64,000 nucleotides of DNA from Camelus dromedarius. Lineage: Eukaryota. Positions 41,395-51,267 of this stretch are shown here, piece after piece. The notes under the pieces were generated by a model. The model was not told the DNA's origin, made no database searches, and was given only the letters and a program-made list of their open reading frames with translations. The DNA is taken from the NCBI RefSeq assembly GCF_036321535.1, contig NC_087436.1, positions 45,074,001-45,138,000 of the forward strand, read 5' to 3'. How positions within the stretch are numbered: position 1 is the first letter of the stretch; each line of letters begins with the position of its first letter. A program made the position numbers and the translations under genes.

Positions 41395-41526
41395 CATTAG
41401 TTATGTTGAAATTGCCCTCAAAACCACAACTATCTCTTCTGGAGTGCATCTCTGACTTTAAATGGTGACTAAATGAAGAAAGTAGGTGTTTTCTGTGCCA
41501 CACACTAAGCATTGAAATCTGATCAA
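41395..41526 (-). pseudogene. Exon, phase 1 to 1, open
   Basis: ttattacag|...|gtactg, 132 nt. Reads DQISMLSVWHRKHLLSSFSHHLKSEMHSRRDSCGFEGNFNITN; VWH motif as in GREB1L QTLLHVWHSGVLL. Confidence 0.7.
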
Positions 41527-41950
41527 CTGTAATAAGCAGAAGATTTTAGTTTTCTGGCCAATAATTTATTTTAAAAGCATAAAATACTGGGGGATTTTTT
41601 CTCCAAAACATCTTTGTGGATACTGAGTTGGAAAAACTATCAGGAAAGTATGAGATGAGTAATGACAATAGAAGATTAAGTTTCATTCATGTACTTCCTA
41701 TTTTCTTATAAAAACCTAAAAGCACATAATAAGGGTTTTATATTGTTGGATTTTTTTATTCAAAGAATTAAGTAATATTAGGCACCAAAAATTTTCAAGG
41801 AGGTTCACTTGGTGAATTCATTAGGGATGTGACCGATGTCTTCAATTCTAATATGAAAATGTAGGCAGCAGTTTGGTGATGGCATGATAAAACACCCATT
41901 TTGAGGAGGAAAAAAAAAGATTGTAAAGTTATATATGGTGAAACAGACAC

Positions 41951-42083
41951 CAGTTAGAAATTTAAGATCTGTCAGCCCACCAAACTTTTTATCTATTGGG
42001 AAACTATCTGCTGGTCTTTGTATATTCACCAGAAAGGAACATTTCTTCAAGAGGGCACTGTTAGTGGTCAAGTTATCAACATT
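41951..42083 (-). pseudogene. Exon, phase 0 to 1, open
   Basis: atttag|...|gtgtct, 133 nt. Reads NVDNLTTNSALLKKCSFLVNIQRPADSFPIDKKFGGLTDLKFLT. Weak donor. Confidence 0.6.
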
Positions 42084-42796
42084 CTAAATTTTTCATTTGT
42101 TCAAAACTCAGATTATTGTTTTACCATAAATAACTCACTTAACCAAGACCAAAAAGGAGAAAACTGAGTTGTGCATTCAGTGAAGTAAATATTCAAAACT
42201 CTTTTGAGTACATATCCATAGAGTCAGGCATAAAGGCAAGAATGAAGGTATCCAGTCTGTTCCTTCAATGTTTTTGGTGAGTCACAGTCAGAGACTGCAA
42301 TTGTCATTTTCTTCAGCCGGTATTTTTTTTTTTTTTTTGAATAGATGACACACATTCTTAAAAAGAAATTTAGATCTCAGGAAAAAATTCATTGTGAATT
42401 TTGTAAGTAAAAGTAACATGTAAGGGAAAGAATGTATAATCTTGAGTAAGCTGCATTACTTATTCTTTACTCTCCCACCACAGTAATTGTCAATCAAATC
42501 AGAAAAAGAAAACTATAGTTCCCCAGAATGAGTGCCGAGCTTACAGACTGAAGCTCTGATTTTCAATCCCAGTTTTGTCTCTTCCCTGTGTAAGTCCACT
42601 AGCCACTCGGTTTCCTCATTTACAAAATGATGATAATGATACTTCAGAGTTGGGAAGATTAAGCTTAAATCAAACACAGAGTTAAAGATCTAAATGAAAC
42701 AAAAGAAAATCTAAAATTATTCCTCATATATATGTCTATATACATATACATAATTAAAACAAATTAATGTGTGAGCTAAAGATATGTATGCCTTAT

Positions 42797-42999
42797 CTAG
42801 GGCACAGCATGTTGTATTTAGCAACAAGCTCATGTGCTGTTCCTAATGGGGCCACAGAGGAAGTGCTCTGTTGGAAAAGATGATCTTCCAAAGGACTTTT
42901 ATCACATCGGTGAAAGGTTACTTCATTAGTTTGGGCAAAAATTGTTTTAATATTTGTACCACTTAGTCCTGCCGATTTGCCTCTTTGCAGTTCTACCAA
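42797..42999 (-). pseudogene. Exon remnant; acceptor uncertain, donor apparently mutated (AG|ataagg)
   Basis: Open frame ending ...LFQQSTSSVAPLGTAHELVAKYNMLCP, in exact register with GREB1L GKVDSLGAFFSTLCP. Confidence 0.55.
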
Positions 43000-43167
43000 A
43001 TCAAACTTTGATTTTCATTTGAGGGTATTCATACACTGATCATCTTTTCTTTACTCAGTAAATCAAACAGCAGTCAAATCTCCATACTTTAAGAGTCATG
43101 TAGAGTCATTCTTTAAAATGACACTCAAAGAAACTTTATTTTCTAACACTGGTTTTCATTTTAGTAA

Positions 43168-43381
43168 TTTTTTTTTGCTGTTGTTGAAGTTTAGTTGATT
43201 TACAATGTTGTGTTAGTTTCTGGTGTAGCATAGTGATTCAGTTATATATATATTATTTTTCATATTCTTTTTCATTATAGGTTATTACAAGATATTGAAT
43301 ATAGGACCTTGCTGTTTGTCTATTTTATATATATAGTAGTTTGTATCTGCTAATCCCAAACTCCTAATTTATCCCTCCCCT
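43168..43381 (-). mobile_element. Cetartiodactyl-type L1 3' end
   Basis: gttgatttacaatgttgtgttagtttctggtgtagcatagtgattcag...tatctgctaatcccaaactcctaatttatccctcccc. Confidence 0.85.
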
Positions 43382-43899
43382 AAGTAATAATTTTCTTCAA
43401 GTCAAAATTAAAGTCAAGTCTATATTTTCTTCTCCATCACATTCTTTATTTTTTGTCAGTAACTTAGTCTCAGAAAAAATAATTGAGATTAGAAAGGAAA
43501 AGAAAGAGAGAAAGGTGGGGGGAAAATGATTAAGTGCAAGACTGAAATGTAAGAAAAGAATTAAAATGATAATTTAGAAATAGGATGACTAAAGGCAAGA
43601 ATAAGTGATTTTTAACATGACTAATCTTTATTATTAAGCAAAGATCTTGTGTTAAGTTGGAATTTGAAAAAAAATTCTGTCAGTTGCACCAGTATAATGC
43701 AAAAGCTTAATAAAAATAAAATATGAATATTTTGCACAAAAATTCCTATAAAATAGAAATTTGGGACTTTAACTTGTTCGCATTTTAATAACTTTTTATT
43801 TTTAAATTCTACAACATATCTAGTGTTTCAGTAGGCCAGTTTTCCTACAACGCAATTTAATATGCATGAATTTGCACACAGATGCTTTAAATGTGCAAT

Positions 43900-45480
43900 G
43901 ACACATATCCACAAATCCACAATGTATTTAAATCGCTTTTCTATCTGCCTGTTAAGATGACAGAATAAGACAATGAATCTTGATAGTCTAGATAAAAATT
44001 GAAGAACAGTGAATTATTGACATCTTCATTCAATGCACCCCTCCCACCCAGAGAAGATGCTTTCAGAAATGTGTTTGGCAAACTTGATATTGTTCTTGTA
44101 GATCACAATGCTTCAGGAGCATGACTTCTCTNNNNNNNNNNNNNNNNNNNNNNNNNNNNNNNNNNNNNNNNNNNNNNNNNNNNNNNNNNNNNNNNNNNNN
44201 NNNNNNNNNNNNNNNNNNNNNNNNNNNNNNNNNNNNNNNNNNNNNNNNNNNNNNNNNNNNNNNNNNNNNNNNNNNNNNNNNNNNNNNNNNNNNNNNNNNN
44301 NNNNNNNNNNNNNNNNNNNNNNNNNNNNNNNNNNNNNNNNNNNNNNNNNNNNNNNNNNNNNNNNNNNNNNNNNNNNNNNNNNNNNNNNNNNNNNNNNNNN
44401 NNNNNNNNNNNNNNNNNNNNNNNNNNNNNNNNNNNNNNNNNNNNNNNNNNNNNNNNNNNNNNNNNNNNNNNNNNNNNNNNNNNNNNNNNNNNNNNNNNNN
44501 NTCATCTGTAAAGCGGCTTAGAAAACAGAAAAAAGCAGCAGCAGCAGCAGCAGCAGTGAGGGGCTTATCTTTTGGCATATTTTTGTTTGATGCAGCCAAA
44601 CTCATTTAGCTATAAACATTTCAATCAGAAACGATCATTTTGCGCCCCTGTGCAAGACTGCGTACGCTCTTATTTGTTTATACAATCTCATCTTAATTTA
44701 GCGCTCCCCTATCTTGAGGCCTGTTAATGGCTTTGCTGGTGGAAATTCTTGTTACTGGGGATGACTCAGAAAGAGCGTTTATGACCCTGAAAATGAAATA
44801 AGCTGAATAAATATTTAATTTCCTACTATGTTTAACAAGTTCTGGCCATCAGTAAATGACACTTAAAATTTTAAAAGGTGTGTTTTTTGCCAGCATTTGC
44901 CAAAGTTTTTAAAATATCATTATAGAAGTTCAATTGTAAAATATAACATCAAACATAAAATGTTGAATAATTACTCATTCCAAAGGATTTGAGAGAAGAA
45001 AAAAAAATACTTNNNNNNNNNNNNNNNNNNNNNNNNNNNNNNNNNNNNNNNNNNNNNNNNNNNNNNNNNNNNNNNNNNNNNNNNNNNNNNNNNNNNNNNN
45101 NNNNNNNNNNNNNNNNNNNNNNNNNNNNNNNNNNNNNNNNNNNNNNNNNNNNNNNNNNNNNNNNNNNNNNNNNNNNNNNNNNNNNNNNNNNNNNNNNNNN
45201 NNNNNNNNNNNNNNNNNNNNNNNNNNNNNNNNNNNNNNNNNNNNNNNNNNNNNNNNNNNNNNNNNNNNNNNNNNNNNNNNACAGAATTGCACCTGAGAAA
45301 AAAAAAATGGCGAGAAGACGCTTCCTCCCCACCCCCACCCAATGCCATGGCCGTGCCACCTCGACTTATTAAATACCACAGACTTAAGCCATTGTTTGGA
45401 TAATGGGCTACATAAAAAATGTCTAAAAGTGATCTACAAGTATTAATACCTTAGAGATCAAATATAATATTCCTTCCCAT
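43900..45480. promoter_or_regulatory. Putative conserved non-coding/enhancer cluster with N-masked cores (44,132-44,501, 45,013-45,280)
   Basis: Unique flanks with TAAT, TGTTTA(T/A) forkhead-like and TGACTCA motifs and several CpGs; no repeat recognised. Confidence 0.5.
44535..44556. repeat. (GCA)7 trinucleotide repeat in the flank of a masked block
   Basis: Directly visible. Confidence 0.95.
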
Positions 45481-45887
45481 TGAACTCTGATTAGCTCATG
45501 CTTAAAATAACTGTTGTTTATTGTTTACCCTTCTACTTGCTAGGTTCAAAAAGCTCCATGGCTTAGATCATGGCTGGATTCCTTACAGGCAATATTAATG
45601 TTGAAAGAGTTTAAGGATTCTTTTTCCCCTTTAATCTCTAGAGGCTGAGGCTCGCAGCCCTGACGTAAGCAAGCTCCCATTGACTTCAGTGAGAGTTTAG
45701 CAGTTGCATAAATATCACAGGAGCTGGCTCTCATTCTCCGTTATTCAACTTGCTCAAAGGGGACATATTCACTGAAAGTGTAGTTTTCAGATCTTTGATT
45801 TTCTACGTGGCCAGGATTACGTCTGTTACTCCTGTTGTGAGTAGGCACTACTAAAGTAGGCTATGCACAAATTTAAATTTATTTTAC

Positions 45888-46010
45888 TTATTCATTTATT
45901 TTTCTTCAGAATACAGACATTGCTGTATCCTCAACAAACTATGACTGCCACTGAATCCAGAGACGGATCCCATTGCTTCAATGTCAACAAAACCTTCTAG
46001 TGCTTCTGTA
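45888..46010 (-). pseudogene. Exon remnant starting in phase 2; 3' boundary unresolved (45,888 or 45,821)
   Basis: Acceptor gttatttag|, phase matches the previous exon. Reads TEALEGFVDIEAMGSVSGFSGSHSLLRIQQCLYSEEK*; compare GREB1L SCNDSVHVIECAYSLAE. Confidence 0.45.
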
Positions 46011-46158
46011 CTAAATAACTTTCCAAACGTACCTTTTTAAAAAACTTGATCCTTAGAAAATGTTTCGAGGAACTTTATTTTAAGAGGAATTTTGTCTTAA
46101 GAGAAATTTTATCTTATGATGTACTTCTGTTTGGCTCATAAACTATTTGTTCATTTAC

Positions 46159-46322
46159 CTTAACTCTTATTCCAACTACGTAGTATAGTGACTTAGAAGC
46201 CAATCACTCATTTAATGAGGGAAACACCTAATCATTTAGGGATTTTTGCTTGTATGGTACCAAACAATTAATTGTTCATCATCTGGTTTGTATGCAATTC
46301 TGAAATAACTGTATAGAAAATT
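46159..46322 (-). pseudogene. Exon remnant (phase 0 to 2), four stops
   Basis: Acceptor ttattgtcag|, donor |gtaaat. Reads NFLYSYFRIAYKPDDEQLIVWYHTSKNP*MIRCFPH*MSDWLLSHYTT*LE*EL; compare GREB1L LLYTCY..EEMQLLLTVYY..RSWRESHLT. Confidence 0.55.
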
Positions 46323-47068
46323 CTGACAATAAAAAAAGAATGAGTGAAGGAGACTTGAGAAATAGAAAAAGGGATGGGTAAGGCCATACTGGCTTGACCT
46401 TCCAAAATAGCAGATAAAATCTACCATCATACTCTAACTGTGGACATCCAGAAAGAAAAAGGATGGATTCTTTACTTTAAGGAAATTTCAGAGAGAAATA
46501 TTTTTCCAAGTTAGTCTTTTCTCCAAATTCTTTCTCCACTAATTTAATTGAAAATTTTTCTTTAATATGAATCTTCTTTGGCAGTTCATAACTTTACCTA
46601 GGCCTCTGGATAAGCATTCATTTCAAAAGAAAAAGTTGCACAAATCTTACTTAAAAAGCAAATAATCTCTGGTATACCTCCAATCCACATTATATAGGGC
46701 TGGACACAGGCATATCTATTCAGAATCATAATCATATTCCCATGACAAGAAAATTTTAAAGTATAATCATAATTCATCTCATTTATAGATCTAACAGCAC
46801 AATCAAGAGGATAACATTGATTCTACCAATGAGGATCTGTGTGACTTTCTGTATCACACGACAAGTAGAAAAACAGAACATTAAAACCAGGCTTTCTGAC
46901 TACAGAGTGAATTCTTCAGTCCTTCACATTAAGGCAAACATTCTGTTAATGTTGCTAAATGTTACCCCAAGAAAATAAAGTAAAAAAATTTCAACCACTG
47001 GAAAGAACATTGGAATATATTTGCATCCTCTTTCATTAATATTTGTTTTAGTGCTTCCAAAAGCATAC

Positions 47069-47366
47069 CACAAAGACCACTGCTGGTACTTGAGACAACT
47101 TTAGATGGTATCCAACCAATATTTTTACTCTAATAGTTTAATATTTATTTTTCAGGGCAACCTCTATTTTTGGAAAATAGTTTAGTTTTTAGCTTATGAA
47201 TGTAATTTAAAGATTCCATTCTAAGGATGCTAATTTATTTTAAAAACGACACTATCTAAAAATATTCATTGTTATCATAAATGGCACAAGACATGGCAAA
47301 ACATGAAGACAAAATGGGAATGACTGAGGTTTGGAAAACACTGATTTCTGAATGCTTCCTTGTGGC
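47069..47366 (-). pseudogene. Heavily eroded exon, GREB1 N-terminal-domain-like, with frameshifts and stops
   Basis: Strong acceptor ttctttgtattctcccag|, donor |gtatgc. Fragments in different frames: SVFSKPQSFPFCLHVL ~ SISNEPMDVPAGFLLV; SCAIYDNNEYF ~ VCAVDKRF; KINIKLLE*KYWL ~ HINLKL..KYYL; IGWIPS ~ ICWKGS. Confidence 0.5.
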
Positions 47367-47451
47367 CTGGGAGAATACAAAGAAGAACAAGGCACACATG
47401 CTAACTTCAGAATGTTCAGTCTTATGATAATTTTCACTTATATTATGAAAA

Positions 47452-48600
47452 ATCAATAGTGCTATTAGAAAAGAATATCTAAAATCAATAACCTAAGCTT
47501 TGATTTTAGGAAGCTAGAAAAAGAAGAGCAAAATAAATCCAAACTAAGTAGCAGAAAATAAATAGTAAAAATTAGAACAGAGATGAGTAAAATTGTAAAC
47601 AGGAAAACAATAAAGAAAATTAATGAAGTCAAAAGCTAGTCCTTTAAAAAGATCCTTAAAAATTGATAAACGTCTAGTCAGACTAACTAAGGAAAGAGAG
47701 GACACAAATTACTAATATCAGGAGTGAAAGAGAGACCATCACTGGTGATCCCATGAACACCGAAAGTATAATAAAGGGATATTATGAAAAACTCTATGCC
47801 CACAAATTTGACAACTTAGATGAAATGGATCAGTTCGTTAAAAATCACAATGTTCCAAAACTCACACACAGAAAAATAAGTAATCTTAATAGAATAAAGA
47901 ATTTGAATCAATAATAATAACTTTCCAAAACAGAAAGCACCAGGCCTGGATGGTTTTACTAGTGCAGTCTACCAGATATTTAAGGAGGAAATGATACCAA
48001 TTCTCTATAATCTCTTCCAGAAAATTGAGGCAGAGAGGATACTTCCAAACACATTCTGAGGTGNNNNNNNNNNNNNNNNNNNNNNNNNNNNNNNNNNNNN
48101 NNNNNNNNNNNNNNNNNNNNNNNNNNNNNNNNNNNNNNNNNNNNNNNNNNNNNNNNNNNNNNNNNNNNNNNNNNNNNNNNNNNNNNNNNNNNNNNNNNNN
48201 NNNNNNNNNNNNNNNNNNNNNNNNNNNNNNNNNNNNNNNNNNNNNNNNNNNNNNNNNNNNNNNNNNNNNNNNNNNNNNNNNNNNNNNNNNNACAGACCAA
48301 TAAAAATCATGATTATACAATAAAGACAGTAAACACATTTGATAAAATGCCAAACTCACTCATTATAAAAATGCTCAACAAAATAAGAATAAAGGAAATT
48401 TCCTCAACTTGATAAGCAAGAACAAAAAACCTACAGCTGACATTTTACTCAAGAGTGAGAAACTAGATGTTTTCCCCCTAAGTTCAGAAATAAGACAAAG
48501 ATTCCCCTATCACCACTTCTATTCAACATTGTACTAGAAGTTCTAGCTAATACAATAAGACAAGAAAAGGAAATAAAAGATATACAGATTGAGAAGAAAG
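47452..48600 (+). mobile_element. L1M ORF2 fragment with N block 48,064-48,291
   Basis: aagctagaaaaagaagagcaaaataaatccaaa...caggcctggatggttttactagtg...tcaccacttctattcaacattgtactagaagttctagc. Confidence 0.9.
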
Positions 48601-49759
48601 AAATCATTAGTGCTCACCAATATTTTTGGTTCTCTTCTCTTTTCTGCACATCCAAGAGTTTTACATTTCTCTATTAACTTAAAGGCAGCTTGCTTTGGCC
48701 AAGAAAATATGAGGAAAGTGATATCTCAATAACAGACAGAAGTGATTAAGAGATGGTTGTGATTCCCCATGTGTTCTGCTGTGGCAACTGTGAAAGCATT
48801 TGTTGAGATGGAGGTGTCACCAGCAGCCTGGAAAGTTGAGCTGCCACGTGGAGCACAGCTAAGCCACTAAAATTTTGACACTTTTTTTTGTTACCACAGC
48901 TTTACATAACTTCATCTGGTGGATACATGCATGAATACATAAACTAACACAACAGAGCAGCTTTAACTACTCTGATAATATATGCAGTAATAGGAGAGAG
49001 AGAAAGGGGAAATGTCTTCTGGTTGGAAGATGAGAAAACTTTGTTGGAAGGGGGCATTTGTGAAGAATGGATCAGGAATTTGAAGGTCAGAGTATGGTAA
49101 GGGGAAGTCAGATGGAAGAAATCTTGTGAATAAGTTTCTGGAGGGTAGGATAAAGGGCTTCAGGTGGGAACTGTGTACAGGAACACGGGAAGGGGAGCTT
49201 GTAGTGGAAGCTAACACTGGAAAGACAAGTTATGGCTAGATTGTCAAAGGCCATAAATGCAAGCCCAGGATCTTGGTCAATTAGGACAGTGTCAAAGAGG
49301 ATGGAAATGAAATGATGAGCATGAGAAAACATTTTTGTGGTACAGTTGACAAAACCTAGTAATTGATTAGATGTGGGAGGAAAGAGAGAGGCAGAATTTG
49401 AGGAAAACGAGTGAGTGGGTAAATGCCAGTTGATCCAGAGAGGTTTTGTGAATTGAAGTGAATAGAGATGAAGGCCTTGAATTTGAATATTGCAAAGGCT
49501 TGCTATTAAGCTGTACTATGATTATAATATCAGAGTGAACTGATTCAGATGTCTTTCCTGTAGATCAAGGAAAATAACCATTTTGATTAGTAGGACACAG
49601 TATAAATTGTGCTGAGCTCCAAAATGATATAACAAGATAATATCTCATTAAGATAGTATAATCATAATCAAAAGAATATGTAATTTCAGACAAATGTGCT
49701 TTTATAAAATTGAGCAAATAACCTATTTGTTATTGCTCTCATATAAAAATATTGATGAC

Positions 49760-49965
49760 CTGAAGTCACTTAATTCAACATAGATAGTATATGGTTCTTG
49801 ATCTTTTTAATTATTTAGATATTGGTATAAAAAGAAGTAACTATTTGAGGAAAACATGCAACATTTCTTGGGGTGGAGAATGATGAATAAACTACAAAAT
49901 TTTCAAACTCTAATTCAAATTGTTTTAGAATAATATTATACCCATAGGAAGGTAACATCATATAG
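49760..49965 (-). pseudogene. Candidate first coding exon (ATG at 49,961 or 49,958), two stops
   Basis: Acceptor ttcataag|, donor |gtcatc. Reads MMLPSYGYNIILKQFELEFENFVVYSSFSTPRNVACFPQIVTSFYTNI*IIKKIKNHILSMLN*VTS, resembling the recalled GREB1/GREB1L N-terminus [41 protein letters not shown]. Confidence 0.5.
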
Positions 49966-50092
49966 CTTATGAATATATGCATTAATAACAGATAAACAGT
50001 CAAAAAGATAGTCAATTTTGAGGAACACACATTCGAAAATGAAAAGTCATAACAGATTGCCCACAAAACAAATGCAAGGTTAAAATGATGCA

Positions 50093-51120
50093 ACTAACGA
50101 AGGTTTAATTTCCACACTATATAAACAGCTTATACAACTTAATAACAAAAAACCAAACAACCCTATCCAAAAATGGGCAGAAGACCTAAACATTCAATTC
50201 TCCAGTGAAGACATACAAATGGCCAATAGGCACATGAAAAAATGTTCAGTATCACTAATTATCAGAAAAATGCAAATCAAAACTACAATGAGGTATCACT
50301 CATCACCAGTCAGAACGGCCATCATTCAAAAGTCCACAAATGATAAATGCTGGAGAGGGTGTGGAAAAAAGGGAAGCCTTCTACAGTGCTGATGGGAATG
50401 TAGTTTGGTGCAGCCATTATGGAAAACAGTATGGAAATTCCTTAAAAAACTAAAAATAGACTTGCCACATGATCCAGCAATCCCACTCCTGGGCATGTAT
50501 CTGGAGGGAACTCTAATTCGAAAAGATACATCCACTCCAATGTTCATAGCAGCATTATTCACAATAGCCAAGACATAGAAGCAACCTAAATGTCCATTGA
50601 CAGATGACTGAATAAAGNNNNNNNNNNNNNNNNNNNNNNNNNNNNNNNNNNNNNNNNNNNNNNNNNNNNNNNNNNNNNNNNNNNNNNNNNNNNNNNNNNN
50701 NNNNNNNNNNNNNNNNNNNNNNNNNNNNNNNNNNNNNNNNNNNNNNNNNNNNNNNNNNNNNNCTCATATGTGGGATCTTAAAAAAAAAAGGGGGGGGGAG
50801 AGAACACTAATGAACTCATCTATAAAACAGAAACAGACTTGCAAACATAGTAAACAATTATGGTTACTGGGGGAAAGGGTGTGGGAAGGAATAAATTTGG
50901 AAATTTGAGATTTGCAAACGTAGGTACTATATATAAAAATAGATTTTACAAAAACAAGTTTCTTCTGTATAGCATAGGGAACTATATTCAATATCTTATA
51001 ATAACCTTTAATGAAAAAGAATATGAAAACTAGTATGTGTATGTATAAGCATGACTGGGACCTTGTGCTGTGCACCAGAAATTGACACATTGTAACTGTC
51101 TGTACTTCGATTTAAAAAAA
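50093..51120 (+). mobile_element. 5'-truncated young L1 (ORF2 C-terminus plus 3' UTR), camelid-like, with N block 50,618-50,762
   Basis: Low divergence. 3' UTR gggaactatattcaatatc...gcatgactgggaccttgtgctgtgcaccagaaattgacacattgtaactg followed by an A tract, as recalled for camel/alpaca L1. Confidence 0.85.
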
Positions 51121-51206
51121 GAGAAGAATCCAAGGTTAAGGACTAAACCAGGGCAACTGAAACAAATTTTCAGAAACTCAAATATCTAATTTCTATGCTC
51201 TCCAAA

Positions 51207-51266
<60 letters not shown>
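51207..51266. repeat. (AAT)20 perfect microsatellite
   Basis: Directly counted. Confidence 0.95.

Positions 51267-51267
<1 letters not shown>

Larger units (their letters stand above)
4350..49965 (-). pseudogene. Unprocessed multi-exon pseudogene; probable divergent GREB1-family paralogue (not GREB1 or GREB1L itself); 3' part probably continues left of 4,350
   Basis: About 20 exon remnants; 15 in a row are phase-compatible. Motifs appear in the same order as in recalled GREB1L: MLPSYG..LK..FENFV ~ [20 protein letters not shown]..KYWL ~ INLKL..KYYL; WLLSHYT ~ WRESHLT; GTAHELVAKYNMLCP ~ GKVDSLGAFFSTLCP; ADSFPIDKKFGGLTDLKFL ~ ADSSTQNLDLGSFEKVDFL; MLSVWHRKHLL ~ LLHVWHSGVLL; LLFVLIYAH ~ TLFVLIHDH; GLRLII..RARL ~ GLMVLL..RARL; QMELSKHFLNE ~ QELGLAAYFVSNE. 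Multiple in-frame stops. Confidence 0.75.

Noticed and set aside
4350-49965. Calling the gene GREB1 or GREB1L itself
   Set aside because: Similarity is limited to scattered motifs, whereas mammalian orthologues would be recognisable residue by residue; no symbol is assigned.
50326-51090. 81- and 108-aa minus-strand ORFs
   Set aside because: Antisense readings of the L1 3' end.
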